Assembly (NCBI GenBank): GCA_044070495.1
Contig: JBIPSI010000006.1
Location: 64,001 to 128,000, forward strand
Length of the DNA: 64,000 bases
Origin: Spirulina sp.
Lineage (GTDB): Bacteria > Cyanobacteriota > Cyanobacteriia > Phormidesmidales > Phormidesmidaceae
Reading direction: 5' to 3'
Under the pieces are notes generated by a model, which was not told where the DNA came from, did no database searches, and saw only the letters and a program-made list of their open reading frames with translations. Shown here piece after piece: positions 50,242-58,771 of the stretch (its first letter is position 1; each line of letters begins with the position of its first letter). A program made the translations under genes and the position numbers.

Positions 50242-52791
50242 ATGGATGGGATTCAGAAAAGCCTCGACAATCTAATCCTGGAAACCCTCTTCTTGCAGGA
50301 CTTGGGCTGGGAACCTGTGCCTGAGGCTTGGCCCGATGACGCTTCCCCGATGGCGCTGAGGTTGGCCCAACGGGGGACAGCGACCGTCATTTTGGCGATG
50401 GCGAATGGGCCAGAGGATAGGCTAGATGAGGGGCCAGAGGGTCGAGCGGGGCTAGAATCTCGATTACAACAGATTGCCGCCACGGTGGCGGATCCCCTAG
50501 TGATTATCGTGGCTGACGATGGCCACCGCAGTCTGTGGGCTTGGCGCACCCATCCAGATCGAGATGCCCCCTGGCGCTTGCAGATGGTCATTCGAGGCCA
50601 AGGGGATAGGATTTGGGCCAATCGATTGCGACGGCTGCACGGGGCGCATCAGGATAGGTTTCCTTCCCTTGGATCGGCCCTCAATAGCGACGATCTACCG
50701 GCCACCGCCGACCGCTATCGGGGTTTTCAACAGGGCTGGCACAGCCTCACCCAAGCCTTGACCGACCTGGGAACGGTGGCCGAACGGCGCAGATTTGCCC
50801 TCGTCCTCATGCTGCGGTTGATCGCAGTGGCGGCCCTCCAGCAGCGGGGGTATTTGGGTGGCGATGAGTGGTATCTGCACAACCAGTTTGGCCAAAGTCA
50901 GCAGCGGGGCGCGGATCGGTTCTTTGGGGATATCCTTCAGCCCCTGGCCACCCAGGGCCTAGCATTGCCCATCGAGGAATGGCCCCGACCCCTGCGGGAT
51001 CGCCTTGGCCCCCTACCCTTTCTGCCTCGCCACCCCTTTGGCACCACAGAACTCGACCAGCGCTGGGGCACCCGTCCCCTCCCGGACGACGCCTTTGCCC
51101 CCGCCCTAGAGTGGTTGGGGGATCTGCTGATGGCCCCCGCAACAGTCCTAGGCGACTGGCTGCCCGAACTTCTAGAGCAGTATGTCAATGACCGGGGAGG
51201 TACCGCCCTCGTCACGCCAGAACCCATCCAGACAGGTTTGATCCATCACACCGTCCACGCCCTGCTGATCGATCAGGCTACTCAGGTGACAGGGCAACGC
51301 TATGCCTCGGTAGAGCACCTGCTGCTGACCCTACCCGCCGCCGCCGCCCGTGTCCTCCTGGATCGGTTTGGGCACCTCAGCCTCCTCGATCCGGCCTGTG
51401 GATCGGGGCGATATTTGCGGGTGGCCCTGCACACCTGGCTCTACCTGGCCCAAGCCCTCGCGGCGGTGGCGGGTTTAGATCGAGCCGTTACCCTACCCGA
51501 CTGGATGGGAACCAGGGAGATCCGGTCGCCGGAACGTTGGGGGCTGTACTTTTACCGTCGGTTCGCCAGCCACGGGCTATACGGTGTAGATAGCAGCGCA
51601 GAGGCCATTGATCTCGCCCGTCTGCAAATTTTGCTGGTGGGCATCCAGTACACCCAAAGCGCCCAGGAATTAGCCAGTTTGCCCGATCTCAGCCTCACCC
51701 TAGGCGTGGGCAATGGGCTGATGGGGTTGGTAACAGTGGATGCGGAGCGGTTTGATCAATCCGCCATGAAGGGCCGCCGGGGAACGGGGGGAGAAGCCAC
51801 GGAAGCCATCGCGCCCCCCTTACAGGGCAACCTGTTGCAGCCCTTGATGGCCAACACCTACCAAGCCATTTTGGCCGAACGCCAGGTGCGGGTGGAGCAT
51901 TACCGCAGCCAGATGGAGCTTTTGGGGGAAAGCGGCAGCGTGCCCATCTACGCCCAGGCCGACTTTTTGCGCGACCGTCTAGAGGAACTTAACCAAACCA
52001 CCCAGGCCAAACTAACGGAATTGTTTTGGCAAGAGGCCAGCCAGCAAATGGGGATTCGCGTGCTTCAGTACGATGTCGAGGGACAGCGCCGCATCCGTCC
52101 CCTAGATTTGGCAGACGTGGCGGCGATCCATCCCTTCCACTGGGGCTTTTCCTTTGATCGGCTGATGCAAGAGCGGGGCGGTTTCGACCTGATTATTAGC
52201 CACTTTCCGGGCGGGGTGGTGCAGCCCACCGAGGCCAACTTTTTAGAGGCCCAAGCCGACCTATTTGAAGCCAAGGGCGTGACGCCATCCACCTTTTTGA
52301 ACAACCACAAACAGGTGCTGACCATCGACCCCGACCTCACCCAAGCCTGGGCCAACTATCGCGGCCAGTTTGCCCTGCCCAACCAGTATTTTCGACGATC
52401 CGGCCACTATCCCCACAGCACCCAACCCGCACCGGGCCAAACCCAGTCTCGGCTGTACTGGTCGCGCCTGTTTTTGGAGCGTAGTCTGCAATTGCTGCGC
52501 CCCGGTGGACGGTGTGCAGTGGTGATGGATCCCTTTTGGGCCATGGGCAATAGCGCCCCCCTGCGCCACTGGCTAGAGGCCGAAACCAACCTCGGTGGTG
52601 TAGTGGATATCTCGAACCACAATCATCTTTGGCCGGAATTACCCCCTCGCACCGCCATCAGTCTGCTGTGGCTGACAAAACAAGGCCGCACCCAAGGATC
52701 TCCCTACAGCGCCTACACCCGCACCGACAGGGCACCCACCCCAGAAGGGTTAGCGCCTCTGATGCAACGCCTGATCCACCTGACGGAATAG
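50242..52791 (+). CDS. Degenerate type IIG/Eco57I-like adenine methyltransferase-fold protein
   Basis: LLDPACGSG, LYGVD, GNGL, FHW, GGFDLII, but SHFP where NPPY is expected. Confidence 0.75.
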   Translation: MDGIQKSLDNLILETLFLQDLGWEPVPEAWPDDASPMALRLAQRGTATVILAMANGPEDRLDEGPEGRAGLESRLQQIAATVADPLVIIVADDGHRSLWAWRTHPDRDAPWRLQMVIRGQGDRIWANRLRRLHGAHQDRFPSLGSALNSDDLPATADRYRGFQQGWHSLTQALTDLGTVAERRRFALVLMLRLIAVAALQQRGYLGGDEWYLHNQFGQSQQRGADRFFGDILQPLATQGLALPIEEWPRPLRDRLGPLPFLPRHPFGTTELDQRWGTRPLPDDAFAPALEWLGDLLMAPATVLGDWLPELLEQYVNDRGGTALVTPEPIQTGLIHHTVHALLIDQATQVTGQRYASVEHLLLTLPAAAARVLLDRFGHLSLLDPACGSGRYLRVALHTWLYLAQALAAVAGLDRAVTLPDWMGTREIRSPERWGLYFYRRFASHGLYGVDSSAEAIDLARLQILLVGIQYTQSAQELASLPDLSLTLGVGNGLMGLVTVDAERFDQSAMKGRRGTGGEATEAIAPPLQGNLLQPLMANTYQAILAERQVRVEHYRSQMELLGESGSVPIYAQADFLRDRLEELNQTTQAKLTELFWQEASQQMGIRVLQYDVEGQRRIRPLDLADVAAIHPFHWGFSFDRLMQERGGFDLIISHFPGGVVQPTEANFLEAQADLFEAKGVTPSTFLNNHKQVLTIDPDLTQAWANYRGQFALPNQYFRRSGHYPHSTQPAPGQTQSRLYWSRLFLERSLQLLRPGGRCAVVMDPFWAMGNSAPLRHWLEAETNLGGVVDISNHNHLWPELPPRTAISLLWLTKQGRTQGSPYSAYTRTDRAPTPEGLAPLMQRLIHLTE

Positions 52792-53343
52792 GGTTTCCAC
52801 GTCGCCGGAATTATCCAGTGCCACATCGGCACGGGCAATTTTTTCGGCCAAGGGCATCTGGCTAGCGATGCGGGCCTCGGCCTGCTCCACGGTCAGACCA
52901 TTGCGGGTCATTAACCGCTGGTGTTGTTGCTCTGGAGTACAAGCCACCACCCACGTTTCCGTTACTTGATCCGTCAGCCCTGCCTCAAACAGTAGGGGGA
53001 TCGCCTGCATGACGATGGGCGCATCGGCCAAGTCTGCCATAGCCTGCCTGAAGCATTGGCGCACCACGGGATGAATCTGCTGCTCTAGCCAGCCTTTTTC
53101 CTGGGCATCGTTAAACACAATTTCCCCCAGTCTGCCGCGATTGAGGGAGCCATCGGGATTGAGCATCTCCTCACCGTAGCGGGCCACAATCGCCCCCAGC
53201 ACCGGAGAACCCACCTCCACCGCCTGTCGTGCATAGACATCGGCATCCAGCACCGGGATCTGGTGTTTTTCCTCAAGATACCGGGACACCGTGGATTTGC
53301 CCGTGGCGATGCCCCCGGTTAGTCCGATAATCCGCTGGCCCAT
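52750..53343 (-). CDS. coaE: Dephospho-CoA kinase
   Basis: IGLTGGIATGKSTV, DAD, IHP, IPLLFE. Confidence 0.97.
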   Translation of the reverse strand: MGQRIIGLTGGIATGKSTVSRYLEEKHQIPVLDADVYARQAVEVGSPVLGAIVARYGEEMLNPDGSLNRGRLGEIVFNDAQEKGWLEQQIHPVVRQCFRQAMADLADAPIVMQAIPLLFEAGLTDQVTETWVVACTPEQQHQRLMTRNGLTVEQAEARIASQMPLAEKIARADVALDNSGDVETLFRQVDQALHQRR

Positions 53344-54872
53344 ACCACAATTGCCTCCGTCAGGGCGTCTAGGGTGTATTCGGCGGGTTCAATGTCTACG
53401 CGGCCCAGGTATTCTCGGCAAGTATCCGAGGTTTTGGGGCCAATGGAGGCCACCGCCACACCCTCCAAAGATTGCCGCCAATCTGGGCCAAGCCCCTGCT
53501 CCAAAAGCTGGGCCGTATGCACCACGGTCTTGGAACTGGCGAAGGTGATCACGTCAATCTGGCGCTGGCGAATCGCCTGAATCGCCATGGCATCCGGTAC
53601 TAGGGGACAACCCGATTCGTAGGCCGCGACTTCTACGACCTCGGCCCCAGCGGCGGAAAATTCCTTCACCAGGATCTCTCGCCCGCCGCTCTCCACCCGT
53701 GGGAAGAGAATCCGCCGTCCGGCCACATTTTCAGGAAAATGATTGACCAGAGAATCCGCCACAAAATCTGGCGGCACAAAGTCTGGCAACAGCCCCCGCT
53801 GTTTGAGGATAGTAGCGGTTTTAGTACCCACCACGGCAATTTTGAGTGCGTTCAGCGCCCGCAGATCTCGCCCTAGTTCCAGCAGCCGATCCAAGAAAAA
53901 GTTCACCGCATTGGCTGAAGTCAGAATCAGCCAGTCAAAGGAACCGATCTCGGCAATGGACTGATCCACGGCATCCCAACTCGCCGGAGGCCGAATTTCC
54001 AGGGCAGGAAGCTCGATTACCTGGGCACCTTGGGCGGTGAGGAGGTCGGCAAACGGGCTGTTTTGGCCAGCGGCGCGGGTGATGAGAATGGTCTTTTGGT
54101 GAAGGGGGGAGGGGGTGAAGGGTGAAGGGTGAAGGGGTGAAGGGGGGAGGGGGGAGGTAAGGTAGGGGCGGAGTTTGACCACTTCGCCGAAGACCATCAC
54201 GCAGGGGGAGAGAGTTTGGCCTTTCACTACCTGGCGAATGCTGAGCAGGGTGCCTTCCCAGACTTGCTGTTGGTCGTGGCCGCCCCAGCGAATGATGGCC
54301 ACGGGCATATCGCCGCGACAGCCGTTGTTTTGCAGGCGATGGATGATTTCATCCAGGTGTTGACTGCCCATCAACACCACCAGGGTATGCAGGGCGGCGA
54401 GGGCAGGCCAGTCCAGCAGGTCGGGATCGTGGGCGGTGACGACGCCAAAACCGTGGCTCCACACGGGATCAGTCAAGGGAATCCCCGCCAACAGCGGAGC
54501 CGCCAAGGCCGAGGAAATACCGGGAACCACCTCAAAGGGACAGCCCGCCTCCCGCAGCGCCTGGATTTCCGAGGTCGTGCGCCCAAAAATAAAGGGATCA
54601 CCGCTCTTCAGCCGCACCACCTGATGCCCTGCCTGACAGAGCCGCACCAACAGCGCGTCAATCTCCGCCTGGGGGGTGCTGGGTTGGCCGCCCCGCTTAC
54701 CCACCTCAAACACCTGGCAATGGGGAGGAATCAGGGACAGTAAATCGCTATCCACCAAAGCGTCATACACCAGGCAATCGGCCCGCTGCAACAGATCGCG
54801 CCCCCGCAGGGTGAGGTAATCCATGCGGCCTGGGCCAGCGCCCACAAGGTAAACGGTTCCCGGCTGGGTCAT
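53319..54872 (-). CDS. cobA-hemD: Uroporphyrinogen-III C-methyltransferase / uroporphyrinogen-III synthase fusion
   Basis: LVGAGPG, RLKSGDPFIFGR, PGISS; C-half ILITRA, LTSANAV, FASSKTV, SIGPKT. Confidence 0.93.
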   Translation of the reverse strand: MTQPGTVYLVGAGPGRMDYLTLRGRDLLQRADCLVYDALVDSDLLSLIPPHCQVFEVGKRGGQPSTPQAEIDALLVRLCQAGHQVVRLKSGDPFIFGRTTSEIQALREAGCPFEVVPGISSALAAPLLAGIPLTDPVWSHGFGVVTAHDPDLLDWPALAALHTLVVLMGSQHLDEIIHRLQNNGCRGDMPVAIIRWGGHDQQQVWEGTLLSIRQVVKGQTLSPCVMVFGEVVKLRPYLTSPLPPSPLHPSPFTPSPLHQKTILITRAAGQNSPFADLLTAQGAQVIELPALEIRPPASWDAVDQSIAEIGSFDWLILTSANAVNFFLDRLLELGRDLRALNALKIAVVGTKTATILKQRGLLPDFVPPDFVADSLVNHFPENVAGRRILFPRVESGGREILVKEFSAAGAEVVEVAAYESGCPLVPDAMAIQAIRQRQIDVITFASSKTVVHTAQLLEQGLGPDWRQSLEGVAVASIGPKTSDTCREYLGRVDIEPAEYTLDALTEAIVVWASGLSD

Positions 54873-54898
54873 CGGTCAAACATTCGTCGTAGGATGGG

Positions 54899-55064
54899 CT
54901 AGAACATCAGATCCCAGGGTTCTTTTGCTTGCGGCTAAGACCTTGGGTGAACACCAGAACAGAACCCTGGGATCTTTCCCGATGTTCTAGGTGTGCCAGA
55001 TCCCAGGGTTCTTAATCATGCAGCTAAGGCTTTGGGTAACAGGCCAGACAGAACCCTGGGATCT
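54899..55064. repeat. Two tandem 67-bp elements with 15-bp perfect terminal inverted repeats (family C)
   Basis: AGATCCCAGGGTTCT...AGAACCCTGGGATCT at 54909-54975 and 54998-55064. Confidence 0.85.
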
Positions 55065-55116
55065 CCTGGCATAAGCCCCTCTATCCTACCCCCGTCCTCA
55101 TTGCGAATTTCTAACC

Positions 55117-55773
55117 ATGCTGACCTTTTACCACACGCCGCTGTCTGTAAACTCTCGCCGGGTTTGGGTCGCTCTGCTCGAAAAGGGCTTGACCTTTGAT
55201 GCGGTGGAGATGAACCTGGGCGGCGATCAATTCAAGCCCGAATTCCTGGCGATGAACCCCTTTCACCACATCCCCGTGCTGGTGGATGACGGCTTTTCGG
55301 TGATTGAATCCTTCGCCATTTTGGACTACCTGGAAGCTAAGTATCCCACCCCCGCCCTGCTGCCCAGCGATCCCATCGCCCTAGCCAGCACCCGCATGGT
55401 GGAAATGGTGACCCTGAACGAACTCAACCCCGCCATGACGCCCCTCTTCAAAGAAATGATGGGCTTTGGGGCCGAATCCCCCGAAGCGGTGGCCCAGGCC
55501 AAGCAAAAAATTGAAGGTGTCCTGAGGTTCTATGCCGACAAACTGGGCGATGGCGACTTCTTCGGCGGCGACCAACTCACCCTAGCCGACATCGTAGCGG
55601 GCACCTTCTCCCCCTGGTTTGAAAAACTGGGCCTGCCCATGGCCAGCTATCCCACCCTGCAAGCCTGGACAGATCGCCTAGTGGCCCGCCCCGCCTGGCA
55701 AACCACCCAACCCACCGAGGAGATGATCACCGCCTTCCGGGATCGCATGAAAGCCCGTATGGCCAAGGGGTAA
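55117..55773 (+). CDS. Glutathione S-transferase family protein
   Basis: NPFHHIPVL, ESFAILDYL, GDQLTLADI. Confidence 0.93.
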   Translation: MLTFYHTPLSVNSRRVWVALLEKGLTFDAVEMNLGGDQFKPEFLAMNPFHHIPVLVDDGFSVIESFAILDYLEAKYPTPALLPSDPIALASTRMVEMVTLNELNPAMTPLFKEMMGFGAESPEAVAQAKQKIEGVLRFYADKLGDGDFFGGDQLTLADIVAGTFSPWFEKLGLPMASYPTLQAWTDRLVARPAWQTTQPTEEMITAFRDRMKARMAKG

Positions 55774-55804
55774 GGGATGCCCACCCTGCGGGAAGCAAGC
55801 TACA

Positions 55805-55991
55805 CCCCCAGCCTCTCTCCCAGGGAGGCTACTGCTCATACACACGTCTCTATTCTCTGCTTAGTTCCTAGGGGTGATCCCCCCTATCCCCCCTTATGAA
55901 GGGGGGAACTGGATTCAAAGTCCCCCTTTATATGGGGGATTTAGGGGGATCGACCAGGGATGACGGCAGGAGAGGGACTTAGGGTGAGGGT
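55805..55991. repeat. Nested palindromic repeat cluster (element D at 55876-55951 between family-B arms)
   Basis: Inner GATCCCCCCT...CCCCCTT/AAGGGGG...AGGGGGATC; outer CCCCCAGCCTCTCTCCC and GGAGAGGGACTTAGGGTGAGGG. Confidence 0.65.
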
Positions 55992-56085
55992 GCAGGCTGC
56001 TTGGAGCCAAGTACGGCCTTCCCTAACTTGGCAAAGGCACGGTCACACGGGACAATGGGATCATTGTATTTTTTGACATTCGGCT

Positions 56086-56829
56086 GTGAATAACGCACCT
56101 GTACGCACGGTTTCTGACGCCAAGCGGGAGTTCTACGCTCACCACACCCGCCCCATCAACTCCATTTACCGGCGCGTAGTGGACGAGCTTTTGGTAGAAA
56201 TGCTCCTGCTTTCGGTCAACGCCGATTTTGCCTACGATCCCCTCTATGCCTTGGGTATCGTCACCACCTTTGACCGCTTCATGGAAGGCTACGAACCCGA
56301 AAGCGACAAAGCCTCCATTTTCAATGCCCTCTGCCGTTCGGTTCAAAGCTCCCCCGAACAGTACCGGGGCGATGCCGAAGCCATGAAAGCCGCTGTGGCG
56401 GGGCAATCCCTCGACGATCTCAAAGCCCAGTTTGACAACCTCAACGAAGCAGCCCACAGCGGTGGCTTGCGCGGCACCCTAGGCACCGTGGCCACCAAGG
56501 AAAAATTCAAGTACAGCCGTCCCTTCGGCATTGGCCTTTACACCCTGATCGAAGCCGTCGCTGGGGAAGACACCCTTAAAAGCAAAGACACCTTTGAAAC
56601 CCTGCTGAAGGAACTAACGGGTAAGCTCAACTTCTCGGCGGATAAGCTCTCCAAGGATTTGGAACTCTACCGCAGCAACATCGAAAAGTTTGCCCAGGCC
56701 CAGGAAGTGATGAAGGACATGCTGGCCGCCGAACGTAAAAAGCGCGAAGACCGCCAAAAAGCCGCCGAAGCCGAAGCCGTCGAGGTGGTCGAGACCGTCC
56801 CCGCCGAGGGCAGCGACAACGCGGGTTAG
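56086..56829 (+). CDS. psb29: Psb29/Thf1 photosystem II biogenesis protein
   Basis: RTVSDAKREFY, RPINSIYRRVVDELLVE, FKYSR.F.IGL, KDLELYRSN. Confidence 0.95.
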   Translation: MNNAPVRTVSDAKREFYAHHTRPINSIYRRVVDELLVEMLLLSVNADFAYDPLYALGIVTTFDRFMEGYEPESDKASIFNALCRSVQSSPEQYRGDAEAMKAAVAGQSLDDLKAQFDNLNEAAHSGGLRGTLGTVATKEKFKYSRPFGIGLYTLIEAVAGEDTLKSKDTFETLLKELTGKLNFSADKLSKDLELYRSNIEKFAQAQEVMKDMLAAERKKREDRQKAAEAEAVEVVETVPAEGSDNAG

Positions 56830-56831
56830 TA

Positions 56832-58415
56832 TTAGACGTAAATCGGATCCAGAGCGTAGTCCTTCCAGTCTTGGTGGAAGCGCTCGGATACATGGGGGGT
56901 GAGGACGAATTTGGGTTCCTGGCCCCCTTTTACATCGACCCGCAAAAAGGAGTAGGGGCGGCGATAGTTGGGCTTTTTGCCCGTGCGGCCTAGAAAAAGC
57001 TGGGATTCAGCCACAGGGCGAAACTCAGCGGGGGATTCCGGGGTGAGGCCAGGAAAGGTTTCGCAGAGCGTATTTCCCCCAGAACGTTGGCGACGCAGAC
57101 TGAGGCCGCTGCCGCCGCAGACAATCCAATCCAAATGACCATCGGCGTGGCCCGTATTCAGGGTTTTCAGGTGTTCAAAACAGTGGGCATGGCCGTTGAG
57201 GACAAGGTTCACCGGGGGCGTATCGGGGGGAATCGCAGGCACCGCCGCCACCACCTGATCCAGCACCCAGCGCAGATGGTGACGCACCGCTAGGGTTTGG
57301 CCCTGATTCCACTTGGTCGATTCAGTCACGTAGGGGGGATGGTGGAAGAACACGATTCGCCCCCGCACCGCTGGATCTTGCCAGGAGGCGATCAGCTTAT
57401 CCCGCAGCCACAGCAGTTGTTCGGTGTCAATTTGGGCGGTGGGGTTGGCGTTGAGCTGCTTATCGATGTCGAGCAGCATTTCGTCGTACTGCTCCACCTT
57501 AGCCTGCCAGTCGTCTAGGTCTTCCTGGGCGTGGGCATCCTTGGGGTTGCGATGCCGAGCGGCTTCCTCCACCGCCCGCCGATCCTCCATCACCCGCCGC
57601 CGCTGATCCTGAAGCCACTGGCGATGATCCAGCCCGCCCTGGTGGGCCAACAACGAGGGATCGTTAAAGGTACTGGAATCTAGGGCAAAGAAATCAATCC
57701 CGCCATAGCGAAAGGTGTAGTAGCGGTTGGGCAGGCGGGTATACACGCCGGGACGGTAGCGCAAGCCCTGGGTGCGGCTGTCCCAGGGGCCATAGTGTTC
57801 CCGCAGGTGAGCCGCTAGCCGTTGGTCGGGCATTCCCTGCAAATAGTCCAAAAAGGCACGGGCATAGGCATCCCCCACCCCCGACCCATGCCAGCCCACA
57901 TTCGGGTTGAGGTCGATGCCCAATAGCTTGCGTAGGGGCTTGCTGATCTGCACCAGCAGACTATACAACCGGGGCAGGTTGTAATAATCGTGGTTTCCGG
58001 GCACCGCCAAAAACGGAAACCGAAATAGCATTTGGTCGTAGACAATCTGGTCGGGCTGATCTCCCCCCACCAGCCACTCCCGGTAGGGCTTGATGAAATT
58101 GTCGGGATACTGCTCGCGGGAACCCACCTGATACACCACATCCCCGGTGTGCAGCAAAAAACGGCAGTCCTGCAAGTGGGGCACCATCTGCTCCGCCAAC
58201 CGCCGCTGGGGGTGATGGTCGGGGTGGGGGCCAGATCCACTATCGCCAATCACCAAAAAGGAAAAGTCCTCCGCCTCGGCGTGACCATCCTCCAACATCA
58301 GCCGAGTTTGGTCAATGTGACGGGCCACCAGGGCCGGATGTTGCCAACACACCCGCGCCTTCATCTTGGCGACCTTGGCAGGAATCGGCGGATCGAGGAT
58401 AGAAGCCATAGACAA
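56832..58415 (-). CDS. Calcineurin-like metallophosphoesterase
   Basis: GDSG, HTGDVVY, PGNHD, HHPPY, NGHAH. Confidence 0.9.
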   Translation of the reverse strand: MSMASILDPPIPAKVAKMKARVCWQHPALVARHIDQTRLMLEDGHAEAEDFSFLVIGDSGSGPHPDHHPQRRLAEQMVPHLQDCRFLLHTGDVVYQVGSREQYPDNFIKPYREWLVGGDQPDQIVYDQMLFRFPFLAVPGNHDYYNLPRLYSLLVQISKPLRKLLGIDLNPNVGWHGSGVGDAYARAFLDYLQGMPDQRLAAHLREHYGPWDSRTQGLRYRPGVYTRLPNRYYTFRYGGIDFFALDSSTFNDPSLLAHQGGLDHRQWLQDQRRRVMEDRRAVEEAARHRNPKDAHAQEDLDDWQAKVEQYDEMLLDIDKQLNANPTAQIDTEQLLWLRDKLIASWQDPAVRGRIVFFHHPPYVTESTKWNQGQTLAVRHHLRWVLDQVVAAVPAIPPDTPPVNLVLNGHAHCFEHLKTLNTGHADGHLDWIVCGGSGLSLRRQRSGGNTLCETFPGLTPESPAEFRPVAESQLFLGRTGKKPNYRRPYSFLRVDVKGGQEPKFVLTPHVSERFHQDWKDYALDPIYV

Positions 58416-58771
58416 TACAAACCTAGGCCGCGCCCCACGGCAAACACATTATCTCTCTTTCAGGGTAATCCGATTCGCCCACTCGCGCACCCCAGAACCC
58501 AAGGCTCCTACAGGTAGAACATCCTGAAAAACCCCCGGTATCCACAGCCCAAAAACCACAGAAGGTTATAAACGTGATGTCTAGTTTGTATGTGGGGCAA
58601 ATATCTTAATCCGATAGGATTCTGAGGCGCAAGAGAGTCTATTTGATTAAAAAATACAACATATTTTCAAGACTTTAGCCGAAAGAAGTTCCCTCCCGAA
58701 AAATTTAGGATAGGATTGCGAACGAGTATTTCATAACCTCCCATTTTGTCAAGAAGTGGGAAGATTTAATC

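Noticed and set aside
54899..55064. Possible CRISPR array
   Set aside because: Repeats alternate in orientation as terminal IRs, the interiors resemble each other rather than being unique spacers, and no cas genes are present.
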